In this document: piece by piece, positions 40,496-51,928 of the stretch
Position numbering within the stretch: the first letter of the stretch is position 1
How the letters are laid out: each line of letters starts with the position of its first letter
Assembly (NCBI GenBank): GCA_041675145.1
Contig: JBAYUK010000002.1
Location: 216,530 to 280,529 of the forward strand
DNA: 64,000 bases
Direction: 5' to 3'
From: Patescibacteria group bacterium
GTDB taxonomy: Bacteria > Patescibacteriota > JACPGU01
Translations under genes and position numbers: made by a program
The notes under the pieces: model-generated
Seen by the model: the letters and a program-made list of their open reading frames with translations, nothing else
The model's database searches: none
What the model was told of the DNA's origin: nothing

Positions 40496-40557
40496 CTAAA
40501 AAAGTGTATTTCACAAGACACTAAAACATAGTACTATGAGTCTAATTAAAAGCTCTC

Positions 40558-41709
40558 ATGGCAACAAACAAAAAAACTAAAAAAATACAGAAGAAAACGA
40601 GCAGGAAAGTGGTCCCTAAAAAGATTCGTAAAGTTGCTGTTAAGACGGCAAAGAGAAGATTGGTTGTAAGGCCTAAAGCGCAAAGAAGAAAAATAGCTAC
40701 AGACACAACTGCCAAGAGCTCATTTCTTAGTTCTATAGTTCATTCACTTGCTCAAAAAGGAAAGCAGGTTGCTGATTACTTGCGCAATGTCCTCCATCGC
40801 GGAGACATAGTCCCGGTAACAGGTTTTGGATTTGCTCAGGGGATTGCGATGAGGTCTGATCATTATATTGCCGTGGCAGTCCCGAGTATTAACGGATACC
40901 CTCAGGTTATATCTGCTCATGTACACAGAGATAGTCTGCAGACTATGCCGCTCATGCACTATCCGGTGCTGCGAGGACTACACCAGCTAGTAGAGAATAC
41001 ATCAATAGTTCTGTTCCTTCAGTCTCAAATACGTAGAATGAGGAGGCAAGAGGAGGCAACTCGACCGTTTCCCGGTAGAGCAAGTGAGCGAATGTATGCG
41101 TTGAGTCGTGGAGTTATAGTGTTCTTTTTAGCTATTGGATTACTCCAATACTTATTTATTCAGATGCAGTCGTTTGCGGTTCACGACATAGGACTTACAT
41201 TTAAAGCGTTCTTAAGCGTTCTAATAGGGATTGTAATATTTCTTCTCTTGTTTGGCCTCATGGTCTCAATCCCAAGCGGTAATGTAGAGATGCTAGCGTA
41301 CCAGCGAGCGCAGCACGCACTAGTACATGCGTATATGAGTCGAGAGAAGATGACCCTTAAGTATCTAATGTCTCTGGAGGTTTCCTACGACAGGCCAGTA
41401 CTCGCTCAGGTATTTTGGACGGTAGTGATTTTGTCTTTGTTCTTGGTAGTGCTCAATGTTCACACCATAAGTATTGTTGTAGCGTTCTTCATGATCTTAG
41501 GCCTTGCTGCCTTATCGTACGCTCTTGCATTTGAACTGGTACATGCCCTAGTTCGACGTGAAGGAGGGTTTTGGTTCTCAATACTTATCACTCCTCTTGT
41601 GTTTCTCCAGCAGGCTATCTTCCAGAAACCTGAGGAACGGCACCTCTTTGTCGGGATGGCAGCCCTAGAGGAGGTTGTCCGGCTCGAGAAGCAGCACGCA
41701 GCGCAGTAA
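40558..41709 (+). CDS. DUF1385-like membrane protein (divergent) with long basic N-terminal extension
   Basis: GIAMRS...AVAV, PVLRGL..LVE, TM helices, C-terminal 'LQ..IFQKPEERHL.VG.AAL..V'. Confidence 0.65.
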   Translation: MATNKKTKKIQKKTSRKVVPKKIRKVAVKTAKRRLVVRPKAQRRKIATDTTAKSSFLSSIVHSLAQKGKQVADYLRNVLHRGDIVPVTGFGFAQGIAMRSDHYIAVAVPSINGYPQVISAHVHRDSLQTMPLMHYPVLRGLHQLVENTSIVLFLQSQIRRMRRQEEATRPFPGRASERMYALSRGVIVFFLAIGLLQYLFIQMQSFAVHDIGLTFKAFLSVLIGIVIFLLLFGLMVSIPSGNVEMLAYQRAQHALVHAYMSREKMTLKYLMSLEVSYDRPVLAQVFWTVVILSLFLVVLNVHTISIVVAFFMILGLAALSYALAFELVHALVRREGGFWFSILITPLVFLQQAIFQKPEERHLFVGMAALEEVVRLEKQHAAQ

Positions 41710-41782
41710 GTTGGGACTTTTTTCAAACCCAGGTTCGCAGTATAATACCTATAATATCAGTGTTATCAGAAGAGGAGTCCAT

Positions 41783-42112
41783 ATGGAGCATAAAAATATT
41801 GTTGAATTGAACGACGGAACATTCGATGCGGTTGTAAATCAGAAGGACGCTGTGGTGATGGTAGATTTTTGGGCTCCTTGGTGTGGACCATGTAAAGTGC
41901 TGGGACCAATTATCGAGGAGGTTGCAGGAGAGTTTGTAGGTAAGGCGACAATTGGAAAAATGAATGTAGATGAAAACCCTATTATTCAGAGTCGTTTTAA
42001 GATTATGAGTATTCCAACGGTTTTGATCTTTAAAGATGGAAAGGTAATTGACCAGATGATTGGTCTCCAGCCAAAAGATATGATCGTTAAGAGACTAAGC
42101 TCTGCACTGTAA
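41783..42112 (+). CDS. trxA: Thioredoxin
   Basis: VDFWAPWCGPCK, SIPT. SD GAGGAG precedes ATG 41783. Confidence 0.97.
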   Translation: MEHKNIVELNDGTFDAVVNQKDAVVMVDFWAPWCGPCKVLGPIIEEVAGEFVGKATIGKMNVDENPIIQSRFKIMSIPTVLIFKDGKVIDQMIGLQPKDMIVKRLSSAL

Positions 42113-42113
42113 T

Positions 42114-42326
42114 ATGTATATTCTAGAATTCATGTGTTCTCAGTGTCAGAAGACCTACACGATGGCGGCACTGGATGATCACGAAAAGGAACAACTCACA
42201 ACACTTGAACAAAAATCAGAATGCTGTAATGCAAAACTTATCTTCATTAAAGCATTTGATATCTCCCATTTAATGGCAGATCAATGTTGTGGAGGATCGT
42301 GCTGTGATGAAGTGTCCGGTTCGTAA
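42114..42326 (+). CDS. Small Cys-rich protein (CxxC, CC, CCGGSCC)
   Basis: 70-aa ORF starting 1 nt after the trxA stop, with 8 Cys. Confidence 0.65.
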   Translation: MYILEFMCSQCQKTYTMAALDDHEKEQLTTLEQKSECCNAKLIFIKAFDISHLMADQCCGGSCCDEVSGS

Positions 42327-42357
42327 CATACAAAAACAAACATTTAAAGGAGGGTTA

Positions 42358-43140
42358 ATGAAACACTATATTGTCTGTAACTGGAAAATGAGTCCGAGCA
42401 GTTTTGCAAAGACTAAAGTTTTAGTTGCGCAATATAATAAGGTTTTGAAACCAAGCAAGAAGGCGAAGATAGGTAACGAAGTAGATATCGTTATCTGTCC
42501 GCCTTTTTTGTATTTCCAATACATTGATGAAAAAAGAAATAAGCACTTAAAACTTGGTGCCCAAAATGTCTTTTGGCAAGGGAAGGGTCCGTACACAGGC
42601 CAGATTTCAGCGGCTATGGTAAAAGAATTCGGTGCTGGTTTTGTAATTGTCGGACATACTGAACTACGCAGGCTAGGAGACACCGAAGAAATGGTGTTTC
42701 TTAAAATTCGCGAGGTACTCAAACAGGGGCTAACACCGATTGTATGTGTTGGCTACTCTGACTGGTTAAAAGAAGTACGCAATCTCATTACTAACTTTTC
42801 AGCCGAAGAGATAAATAAAATGATGATAGCCTACGAGCCACGAGAAGCAATCGGTAGTGAAACGGCATTACCTGCTCAAAAAGTAGCACATGTTACCTAT
42901 ACGATTAAAAAGCTCATTTATAAGCGATTCAAAAGAAAACGATTCTTAGGTATCGTAGGTATCGGTAGCCAAAAGGAGTTAATACCAAAACCACCGTTGT
43001 TATACGGAGGAGGAGTAACAGCTGAGAATTTTATGTCATATATTAATGAGGGTGGCGTACAAGGTTTTATGGTTGGTCGTGAAAGTCTCAAGCCAGACAG
43101 TATTGCCAAGATGAGTCAAAAACTGGAGCAAAGTAGCTAA
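42358..43140 (+). CDS. tpiA: Triosephosphate isomerase (divergent)
   Basis: NWKM, GAQN, GPYTGQIS, IVGHTELR, AYEP..AIG, LLYGG. SD AGGAGG before ATG 42358. Confidence 0.88.
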   Translation: MKHYIVCNWKMSPSSFAKTKVLVAQYNKVLKPSKKAKIGNEVDIVICPPFLYFQYIDEKRNKHLKLGAQNVFWQGKGPYTGQISAAMVKEFGAGFVIVGHTELRRLGDTEEMVFLKIREVLKQGLTPIVCVGYSDWLKEVRNLITNFSAEEINKMMIAYEPREAIGSETALPAQKVAHVTYTIKKLIYKRFKRKRFLGIVGIGSQKELIPKPPLLYGGGVTAENFMSYINEGGVQGFMVGRESLKPDSIAKMSQKLEQSS

Positions 43141-44051
43141 TGCGTATCAAAAAGATTTTTGAATTTGCGGCAAAAAAAGAAATTGCAATCGGGCATTTCA
43201 ATGTTAGTAATGCCGAGACTTTTGATGCAGCGGTTAGAGCGAGTCGTAAAACGAAGCTCCCAGTAATTATAGGTGTAAGCGAAGGAGCAATTGAGCATAG
43301 TGGACTTTCTTTTTTTACTGGGGGTAAGAACTATTACAGTGAGAAATACCAAACACCTGTTTATCTTCATATTGATCACGGAAGAAACCTTAAGATAATT
43401 AAAGAGGCGATTAAAGCAGGCTTTGATAGTGTAATGATTGACGCATCACATTTGTCGTACAACGAAAATGTAAAGATAACAAAACATGTAGTAGATATGG
43501 CGCACAAGGCAGGGGTGTGGGTTGAGGCAGAACTCGGTACTATCGGAGGACGCGAAGAGGCAGTAGAAGAGCGTACTATCCAGTTTACTGACCCGAGTCG
43601 TGCTAGGGACTTTGTTGCTGAGTCTGGTTGTGACTCACTGGCAGTAGCAATTGGAACATCGCATGGTATTCATAAGTTCTCAGGGCCAAGTAAGCTGGAC
43701 TTGAGGCGCTTAGCGGTTATCTCTCAAATCGTATCTGTTCCACTGGTTTTGCATGGTGCTTCGAGTATTAACTCTATTCCAGTTCGTACACTGCAAAGCT
43801 ACGGTTTGCCAATAAAGGATGCGCACGGAGTTTCAAAAACAGACCTTCGTCGTGCTATCTCCCTTGGGATTAAAAAAATAAATGTGGATACAGATCTACA
43901 GCTCGCGATGATATCTGCTATGTTTTCATACTGCTATCATCCAAATAGTGACCTGAAGGTATATAAAATGCTTGACCAGGCAAGTGATGCGATGGAAAAA
44001 GAAGTAATAAAACATATTCGTTTTTTTGCAGGCTATGATGAAACAATCTAA
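43140..44051 (+). CDS. fba: Class II fructose-bisphosphate aldolase
   Basis: LHIDHG, SVMIDASH, VEAELG, AVAIGTSHG, LVLHGAS, KINVDTD. Confidence 0.94.
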   Translation: MRIKKIFEFAAKKEIAIGHFNVSNAETFDAAVRASRKTKLPVIIGVSEGAIEHSGLSFFTGGKNYYSEKYQTPVYLHIDHGRNLKIIKEAIKAGFDSVMIDASHLSYNENVKITKHVVDMAHKAGVWVEAELGTIGGREEAVEERTIQFTDPSRARDFVAESGCDSLAVAIGTSHGIHKFSGPSKLDLRRLAVISQIVSVPLVLHGASSINSIPVRTLQSYGLPIKDAHGVSKTDLRRAISLGIKKINVDTDLQLAMISAMFSYCYHPNSDLKVYKMLDQASDAMEKEVIKHIRFFAGYDETI

Positions 44052-45048
44052 AAAATACAAATACGACATTATCGCTGTCGGGGGCATAGTTCGCGATATG
44101 TTTGTAGTGGCTCCCGCTACTATTTTGCCAGCTAAAAAAATATTTGGTGAAAAACAAAATTATCTAGCATACCCATACGGAGATAAGATTCCGGTAACAG
44201 AAGTGCACTATGATCTTGGTGGTGAAGCGTGTAATGCAGCGGTTGGTATGAGTAAATGTGGTCTAAAAGTTGCGTTTGGGGCAGTGATCGGAAATAAAGT
44301 TTCAAGAGAGCAAGCAACAAAAGTTTTGAAGAAGTATGGAATAAACGATCGCTATGTATATAACGGCACACAACAAGAAAGAGGATTTTCTTTAGTTATG
44401 GTAGGTCCCGACGGAGATCGCACTATTTTTGTATACAGAGAGAAAAACGATTACAGAAAGATTGATGTTGAAGATATGATGAAGCATTCTGCGTCCATGT
44501 TTGTAGCAGGAATAGATAAGTCTAGTGACTTTTTGCTTCCAGCAATCATTGACCATATGTGCTGCAACGGCAAGTCTCTCTATGTAAACCCAAGCTCATA
44601 CCAGCTACGCAAAAAAAATAGAAAAAAACTTCACGAGTTGCTGCAGTATACCGATATTGTATGCTTGAACCTTATAGAAGCGGCAACGCTGATTGGACAT
44701 AACCATACATCACTGAAGCACCTGCTTGAGCAAGTAAAGTCTTTGGGTCCAAAGATTGTAGTTATTACCTTGGGCAACGAAGGCTCAGTCTGCTTTGATG
44801 GAAACAGCTTTTACAAAGCAGGTATTATCAAAACGAAACGAGTAGATAGTACCGGAGCAGGAGATTGTTTTTTTGCAACTTTTATAGCAACGTATCGTAA
44901 AACTGGAGATATCCAGATGGCGCTACGGTATGCTACGATAAACGCAAGTTATGTAGTGACAGGATATGGAGGCCAAAAACCGTTATTGTCTTGGTCGCAG
45001 ATTGTAGATAAGTCTAAGAAGCTCCGCCTTAAAGTTGGTAAAATATAA
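44035..45048 (+). CDS. PfkB-family carbohydrate kinase
   Basis: GGEACNAAVG, DGDRTI, VITLG.EG, VDSTGAGDCF. Confidence 0.92.
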   Translation: MMKQSKKYKYDIIAVGGIVRDMFVVAPATILPAKKIFGEKQNYLAYPYGDKIPVTEVHYDLGGEACNAAVGMSKCGLKVAFGAVIGNKVSREQATKVLKKYGINDRYVYNGTQQERGFSLVMVGPDGDRTIFVYREKNDYRKIDVEDMMKHSASMFVAGIDKSSDFLLPAIIDHMCCNGKSLYVNPSSYQLRKKNRKKLHELLQYTDIVCLNLIEAATLIGHNHTSLKHLLEQVKSLGPKIVVITLGNEGSVCFDGNSFYKAGIIKTKRVDSTGAGDCFFATFIATYRKTGDIQMALRYATINASYVVTGYGGQKPLLSWSQIVDKSKKLRLKVGKI

Positions 45049-45049
45049 T

Positions 45050-46519
45050 ATGAATACTTTTTTTTCTCATATTCACGAAGGAAACATCTACCACTATCTT
45101 TCTGGTGGTGTTTGGCAGGTAAGTGGACCGGGAAAACTTCTCGATGTGATCTCGCCAATAGACCAAAGTGTAGTTGGCCGTGTACAAGCAATGAGCAAAG
45201 AAGAAATAGATAGAGTTATTTCTAATTCTTCTGTTTCACAAAAAGAATGGAAAGAGATGGAAATATCTGATCGTGCTGCAATACTTAAAAAAGCCGCACA
45301 GTTACTACGTGACCACTGCGAGGAAGTTGCACTCATGCAAGTACTCGAAGTGGGTAAGTTAGTTTCTGGATCGAGAAAAGAGATTATGCGTACTGCAGAC
45401 ATCATAGACTATACTGCAGGCCTTATAGATACCGCAAATGAACAAACAGTATTAGAGGGGAGCGAGTTCTCGCAAGACGCTGCACATAAGACAGCACATG
45501 TGTTGCGCGAACCACACGGAGTAGTGCTGGCTATTGGTCCATTCAACTACCCAGTAAACCTATTGGCTACAAAAATTGCTCCCGCACTTATGATGGGAAA
45601 TTCAGTAGTAGTAAAAGCCTCACTGCAAGGAACATTATCTGCTCTCATGTTAGTTGAGATCTTTAACCAAGCAGGAGTTCCTGCTGGAGTGATCTCGGCT
45701 GTCACAGGGGACAGTCACGAGATCGGGGATTATCTCGTATCTCACCCTGATATCGCGATGGTGAGTTTCACGGGCAGTACTACAACAGGTAAGCGTATCG
45801 CACAGCTTGCAGGGAACAAGCCACTCCAACTTGAGATGGGTGGTAAGGACGCGGCTCTCGTACTTTCTGATGCGGATCTCGACCGTGCAGCAGAGGAAAT
45901 TGTAGCTGGCGCCTTTTCCTATGCCGGACAACGCTGTACGGCAATAAAGCGGGTTCTGGCGCATGTAGATATAGTAGAGGAGCTTACACACAAGATAGCT
46001 ACCATTACACGAGAAAAATACCACCTAGTAGGGGATCCACGAGACGAAAAGAGTCAGATGGGACCACTCATTTCTATAAAACAAGCAGAATATGCCTCGG
46101 AGCTCCTTGAAGATGCTACAGCTTCAGGGGCAAAGATACTCGTAGGCGGGGAAGTAAAGCTCAATTATATGGATGTATTTGTTTTGTCTCAGGTAACAGG
46201 AGACATGCGTATAGCCTGGGAGGAACAGTTTGCTCCAATTCTACCGATCATTACCTGTGAGTCTGAAGAGCAGATGATTATTCTTCATAACCAAAGCCAA
46301 TATGGGCTTGGGGTAAGTATCTTTACGCAGAACATTGAACAGGCGAGAGAAATTGCTGGTAAGTTACAAGCTGGGGTTATCCAGATTAATGCAAAGAGTG
46401 AACGGTATCCCGATCATTTCCCGTTCCTTGGAGTAAAGGATTCAGGTCTCGGAGTACAGGGAATTGCCTGGTCAATGCAAGCAGTGAGCAGGGTAAAGAG
46501 TGTGGTATATAACAAATAA
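45050..46519 (+). CDS. gapN: NADP-dependent non-phosphorylating glyceraldehyde-3-phosphate dehydrogenase
   Basis: PFNYPVNL, FTGS, LEMGGKD, AFSYAGQRCTAIKRV, IAWEE, PDHFPFLGVKDSG.GVQGI. Confidence 0.88.
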   Translation: MNTFFSHIHEGNIYHYLSGGVWQVSGPGKLLDVISPIDQSVVGRVQAMSKEEIDRVISNSSVSQKEWKEMEISDRAAILKKAAQLLRDHCEEVALMQVLEVGKLVSGSRKEIMRTADIIDYTAGLIDTANEQTVLEGSEFSQDAAHKTAHVLREPHGVVLAIGPFNYPVNLLATKIAPALMMGNSVVVKASLQGTLSALMLVEIFNQAGVPAGVISAVTGDSHEIGDYLVSHPDIAMVSFTGSTTTGKRIAQLAGNKPLQLEMGGKDAALVLSDADLDRAAEEIVAGAFSYAGQRCTAIKRVLAHVDIVEELTHKIATITREKYHLVGDPRDEKSQMGPLISIKQAEYASELLEDATASGAKILVGGEVKLNYMDVFVLSQVTGDMRIAWEEQFAPILPIITCESEEQMIILHNQSQYGLGVSIFTQNIEQAREIAGKLQAGVIQINAKSERYPDHFPFLGVKDSGLGVQGIAWSMQAVSRVKSVVYNK

Positions 46520-46520
46520 T

Positions 46521-46549
46521 TTGTCCTAGTAGCTTATTTTTGCTACAAT
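46521..46549 (+). promoter_or_regulatory. tig promoter (leaderless geometry)
   Basis: TTGTCC-17nt-TACAAT with TGn. ATG follows after 7 nt. Confidence 0.7.
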
Positions 46550-46556
46550 ACCGTTT

Positions 46557-47897
46557 ATGAAATCAACTACAACCAAGCTATCAGATAGCAAAATTAAGTT
46601 TGAGATAACAGGAACTGGGCAAGAGATTGCTCCTTTTTTTGACCGCGCAGCAGAAAAACTCAGTGAAACTTTGAGTATTAAAGGCTTTCGACCAGGTAAG
46701 GTACCGACAAAAGTAGCTCGTGAGGCGATAGGAGAGCATGCAATAGAGCATGAAGCACAAGAGCTGGCTATCCAGGACTCATACTATGAATTTGTACAGA
46801 AAGAAGATATCACACCAGTAGCTCCGCCAACAGATATTAAGATTAGCACATTCTCAACAGTAGACGGACTTATCTGGGAAGGAATTGTCGAGATTATTCC
46901 CGCTATTACTATCACCGACTGGAAGAAGGCAATTGCGGACAAGAAGCCGGCAATTGCCTTAGATGAGATAAAGGCAACAGAGGACGAGGTTGCTCAAACA
47001 CTCTCTGAATTGTCTCGTAATCTCGCTACAAGTGAAGAGAAGGATGGTCCGGGCGAGAAAGGTGACTGGATGAAGATAGATATTGATGTAGCAGAACATG
47101 CCCAGCTTACTGAAGACCAGAAGACGAAAGTACGCGCAACCGGTATTGGGTTAGTACTTGGAGATAGTCGTTTCATTCCAGGATTTGAGGACCATTTGAT
47201 GGGAGTTAAAGCAGGGGAAAAGAAGACATTTGATCTTACCTTCCCGTCTGATTATTTTGTAAATGACCTTGCAGCTTTAGCTGTGCCATTTGTTGTCACT
47301 GTCCAGGAAGTAAAGAAAGTTATTCTTCCTGAACTCGACGATGAATTTGCTCAAAAGTACGGTGCGCCGACACTTGATGAGATGAAGAAACAGATAGAAG
47401 ACAATGCAAGTACCCATAAACGCCAGGAAGCTCAAGAAGCATTTGAAAATGAACTTCTCGAAGCTCTTATTGAGAGCATTACATTTGAAGCACCAAAGGC
47501 ACTAGTTGAGCAAGAGAAGGATATGATCACGAGTCGCTTCCGCCGAAACGTCGAGGAGAAGCAACGCATTCCTTTTAATGATTACTTACAGGCTATTAAG
47601 TCAGATGAAGTGCAATTACGAGAAAGTTTCGCATCTCAAGCAGAGAAGAATGTTAGAATAGGATTAGTACTCGGACAGATTACGCGTGAAGAGAACATTG
47701 ACGTCACAGATAACGAGATAGATGAGATGATGATGGCGGATATTATGCAGCAGACGCTCGCTAATCGCGGTGAAAAAGTAGAGGAAATGGAGCGCGAAAT
47801 CCGTGCACGCTACAAGAACGAAGATTTTGTCGCGTCTCTAAAAAACAGTATCCGTGCTCGCAAAACCATGGATCTAATCGTTAATTCAACAAAATAA
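46557..47897 (+). CDS. tig: Trigger factor
   Basis: [10 protein letters not shown] ribosome-binding signature, FKBP '[11 protein letters not shown]...TFPSDY', LPELDDEFA. Confidence 0.96.
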   Translation: MKSTTTKLSDSKIKFEITGTGQEIAPFFDRAAEKLSETLSIKGFRPGKVPTKVAREAIGEHAIEHEAQELAIQDSYYEFVQKEDITPVAPPTDIKISTFSTVDGLIWEGIVEIIPAITITDWKKAIADKKPAIALDEIKATEDEVAQTLSELSRNLATSEEKDGPGEKGDWMKIDIDVAEHAQLTEDQKTKVRATGIGLVLGDSRFIPGFEDHLMGVKAGEKKTFDLTFPSDYFVNDLAALAVPFVVTVQEVKKVILPELDDEFAQKYGAPTLDEMKKQIEDNASTHKRQEAQEAFENELLEALIESITFEAPKALVEQEKDMITSRFRRNVEEKQRIPFNDYLQAIKSDEVQLRESFASQAEKNVRIGLVLGQITREENIDVTDNEIDEMMMADIMQQTLANRGEKVEEMEREIRARYKNEDFVASLKNSIRARKTMDLIVNSTK

Positions 47898-47898
47898 C

Positions 47899-48915
47899 AT
47901 GAAAAAGGCACTTATTACCGGTATTACCGGACAAGACGGAAGTTATCTTGCAGAATTACTCCTTGAAAAGGGGTATGAAGTGTACGGTATTGTGCGTCGT
48001 TCAAGTGAGCGCGTCTCGACACGCATTACGCATATCCTGGATCGCGTAAAGATCATTGAAGGGGATATTACTGACTTTGAATCAGTGCTCGACATCATGC
48101 GACGTGTTCATCCAGACGAGGTATATAACCTGGCTGCACAATCTCATGTTGGGTATTCTTTCAAGGCCCCAATAGCGACGCTTGCAGCGAGTGGAGAAAG
48201 CGTCTTAATTCTCTTGGAAGCAATCCGTGAAGTGGACTCAAAGATTAAGTTCTATCAGGCATCTACTTCGGAGTTGTACGGAGGAGATCTAGGTACTGAG
48301 CCACAAAACGAGAAGACCGTTTTTAACCCACATAGTCCGTACGCAATTGCCAAACTAGCAGCGTTCCATTACGTGAAGCTGTACCGCGAATCGTATGGTA
48401 TGTTTGCCTGTAATGGTATTTTGTTTAACCACGAATCACCACGCAGAGGAGAGGATTTTGTAACGCGTAAAATAACTCGTGCCTTAACGAGAGTTACGCT
48501 TGAAAAACAGGAAGTACTTGAACTGGGCAACACGGACGCGAAACGCGACTGGGGTTTTGCTGGAGACTACGTTGAAGGAATGTGGCGTATGTTGCAAGCA
48601 GACAAGCCAGAAGACTTCGTACTCGCTACAAATGAAACCCATACCGTACGTGAATTTGTTGAAAAAACATGGCAGCATCTCGGAGGAACTATTATCTGGG
48701 AAGGAACAGGGAAGGAAGAGACTGGAAAAGATGAGGGAACAGGGAAGATTATAGTGCGAATCAACCCTGAGTTTTATCGTCCAGGTGAAGTACATCTTCT
48801 TTTAGGAGACAGTACAAAAGCGAGGACTGTGCTTGGATGGGATCCGCAGGTAGGGTTTGAGAAACTCGTTGCTATGATGGTGGATTCAGACCTTGAGCTA
48901 GCACGAAAAGAATAA
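47899..48915 (+). CDS. gmd: GDP-mannose 4,6-dehydratase
   Basis: [50 protein letters not shown]. Confidence 0.96.
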   Translation: MKKALITGITGQDGSYLAELLLEKGYEVYGIVRRSSERVSTRITHILDRVKIIEGDITDFESVLDIMRRVHPDEVYNLAAQSHVGYSFKAPIATLAASGESVLILLEAIREVDSKIKFYQASTSELYGGDLGTEPQNEKTVFNPHSPYAIAKLAAFHYVKLYRESYGMFACNGILFNHESPRRGEDFVTRKITRALTRVTLEKQEVLELGNTDAKRDWGFAGDYVEGMWRMLQADKPEDFVLATNETHTVREFVEKTWQHLGGTIIWEGTGKEETGKDEGTGKIIVRINPEFYRPGEVHLLLGDSTKARTVLGWDPQVGFEKLVAMMVDSDLELARKE

Positions 48916-48939
48916 AAACGGGTAGGACTCGACACCTCC

Positions 48940-48966
48940 TTAGCACTCTGGTATAATGAGTGCTAA
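48940..48966 (+). promoter_or_regulatory. CIRCE element (HrcA operator) overlapping the clpP promoter
   Basis: Perfect TTAGCACTC-N9-GAGTGCTAA. The N9 spacer is TGGTATAAT (-10), with TCGACA -35 at 48929-48934. Confidence 0.93.
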
Positions 48967-48979
48967 GGAGGTTCTTTTT

Positions 48980-49579
48980 ATGATAACTAAAACTACGAAA
49001 AATTATCTCGTACCGATGGTAGTGGAGCAAAAGGGTCAGATGGAGCGCTCGTACGATATCTACTCACGACTATTGAAAGATCGCATTATTTTTCTCGGTG
49101 AAGCAATCGATGATGGCTTGGCTAATCTTGTGATTGCTCAGCTATTATTTCTAGCAGCAGAAGACCCGAAAAAAGATATTCACCTCTATATCAACTCTCC
49201 TGGGGGAGTAGCTACGGCTGGTCTGGCAATTTATGACACGATGCAGCACATTAAACCTGATATATCTACTATCTGTGTGGGTCAGGCCGCTTCAGCAGCA
49301 GCGATCATACTTGCCGGTGGTGCTAAAGGAAAGCGTATGTCGCTTCCGAGCTCACGGATTATGATTCACCAGCCTTTAGGTGGAGCAGAAGGTCAGGCAA
49401 CTGAGATTGAAATTAGGGCACGTGAAATATTGCGTCTTAAAAAATACGTGAATGAATTACTTGCAAAAGATAGTGGTCAACCTGTTTCTAAGGTAGAACA
49501 TGATACGGATCGAGACTTTTTCATGAGTCCTGATGAGGCAAAAAAATACGGCCTCATCGACACTGTTCTTACGGCATAA
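48980..49579 (+). CDS. clpP: ATP-dependent Clp protease proteolytic subunit
   Basis: [28 protein letters not shown] (Ser), MIHQP (His), DRD. SD AAGGAGG before ATG 48980. Confidence 0.97.
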   Translation: MITKTTKNYLVPMVVEQKGQMERSYDIYSRLLKDRIIFLGEAIDDGLANLVIAQLLFLAAEDPKKDIHLYINSPGGVATAGLAIYDTMQHIKPDISTICVGQAASAAAIILAGGAKGKRMSLPSSRIMIHQPLGGAEGQATEIEIRAREILRLKKYVNELLAKDSGQPVSKVEHDTDRDFFMSPDEAKKYGLIDTVLTA

Positions 49580-49603
49580 ATACAGAACAATTTACAGTAT
49601 TAT

Positions 49604-49633
49604 AAAAAGTCCAGATAAGAGTCTGGATTTTTT
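49604..49633 (+). terminator. Intrinsic terminator after clpP
   Basis: AAAAAGTCCAGA-TAAGAG-TCTGGATTTTTT. Confidence 0.75.
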
Positions 49634-49647
49634 ATATAATTTCCTCC

Positions 49648-49676
49648 TTGACTACCTGCTTTTTCCTCGCTATAAT
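49648..49676 (+). promoter_or_regulatory. 16S rRNA promoter
   Basis: TTGACT-17nt-TATAAT. Confidence 0.85.
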
Positions 49677-49842
49677 GACCCGAGAAATAGTTCATGCTAT
49701 TTTCAAAACAATTAAGACAACAAAGATTTCAAACTCATTGAATGGTTTGTTTTTTTGTCTCTCGATTGGTCGGACCTTAAGAACTGGAAGATGATAAGAA
49801 TGTGCTCAAGATTGTGAAATTTTGAAGCTCTATCTAGAGCTT

Positions 49843-51408
<1,566 letters not shown>

Positions 51409-51584
51409 CTAAGGAGAAAGATTTCAAAGAAATTTGAAATTCTAGGTCGCGATCAAACATTCGTGTTTGATATGTATTGTGAAGAGCACTTCTTATCATC
51501 TTTAAGTTCTGAAGGCCGGGAGCGTAACGCAAGTTGCGCTTTCTTGGTAAATAGGCTAGGATTATCTGGTGGAATTAGACGTGA

Positions 51585-51658
51585 GGGCGTGTAGCTCAGG
51601 TGGTTAGAGCGCTACACTGATAATGTAGAGGTCGGAGGTTCGAGTCCTCCCATGCCCA
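51585..51658 (+). tRNA. tRNA-Ile(GAT)
   Basis: GGGCGTG/CATGCCC acceptor, CTACA-CTGATAA-TGTAG anticodon arm. Confidence 0.97.
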
Positions 51659-51675
51659 CTTTTAAACACATACAC

Positions 51676-51921
51676 ATGATATTTCAACAGTTTGTAATCT
51701 TGATTTTAGGAGTTGGCATTGGTATACTCATCCTCGTGTATCGTCGCGAGATTGTGCGTACCGTGGGGTTATCTGGTTGGGCAGAACGCGTCTTTGGTGG
51801 TGGTGGCACCCATACAATGTGGCAACTGATCGGGCTACTACTTATTATCGGAACGGTTCTGTATTCAACAGGAAAGTTAACTGCAGTATTTGATAGTATC
51901 TTTCACGCGATTGGGTTATAA
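51676..51921 (+). CDS. Small 2-TM membrane protein (81 aa) between tRNA-Ile and tRNA-Ala
   Basis: MIFQQFVILILGVGIGILILVYRREIVRTVGLSGWAERVFGGGGTHTMWQLIGLLLII... ORF fills the inter-tRNA gap. Confidence 0.8.
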   Translation: MIFQQFVILILGVGIGILILVYRREIVRTVGLSGWAERVFGGGGTHTMWQLIGLLLIIGTVLYSTGKLTAVFDSIFHAIGL

Positions 51922-51928
51922 AACGCGT

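Noticed and set aside
43140-46519. Sulfoglycolysis-like pathway (kinase + aldolase + aldehyde dehydrogenase)
   Set aside because: The dehydrogenase has GapN-specific motifs, tpiA is adjacent, and no sulfoquinovosidase, isomerase or transporter gene is present.
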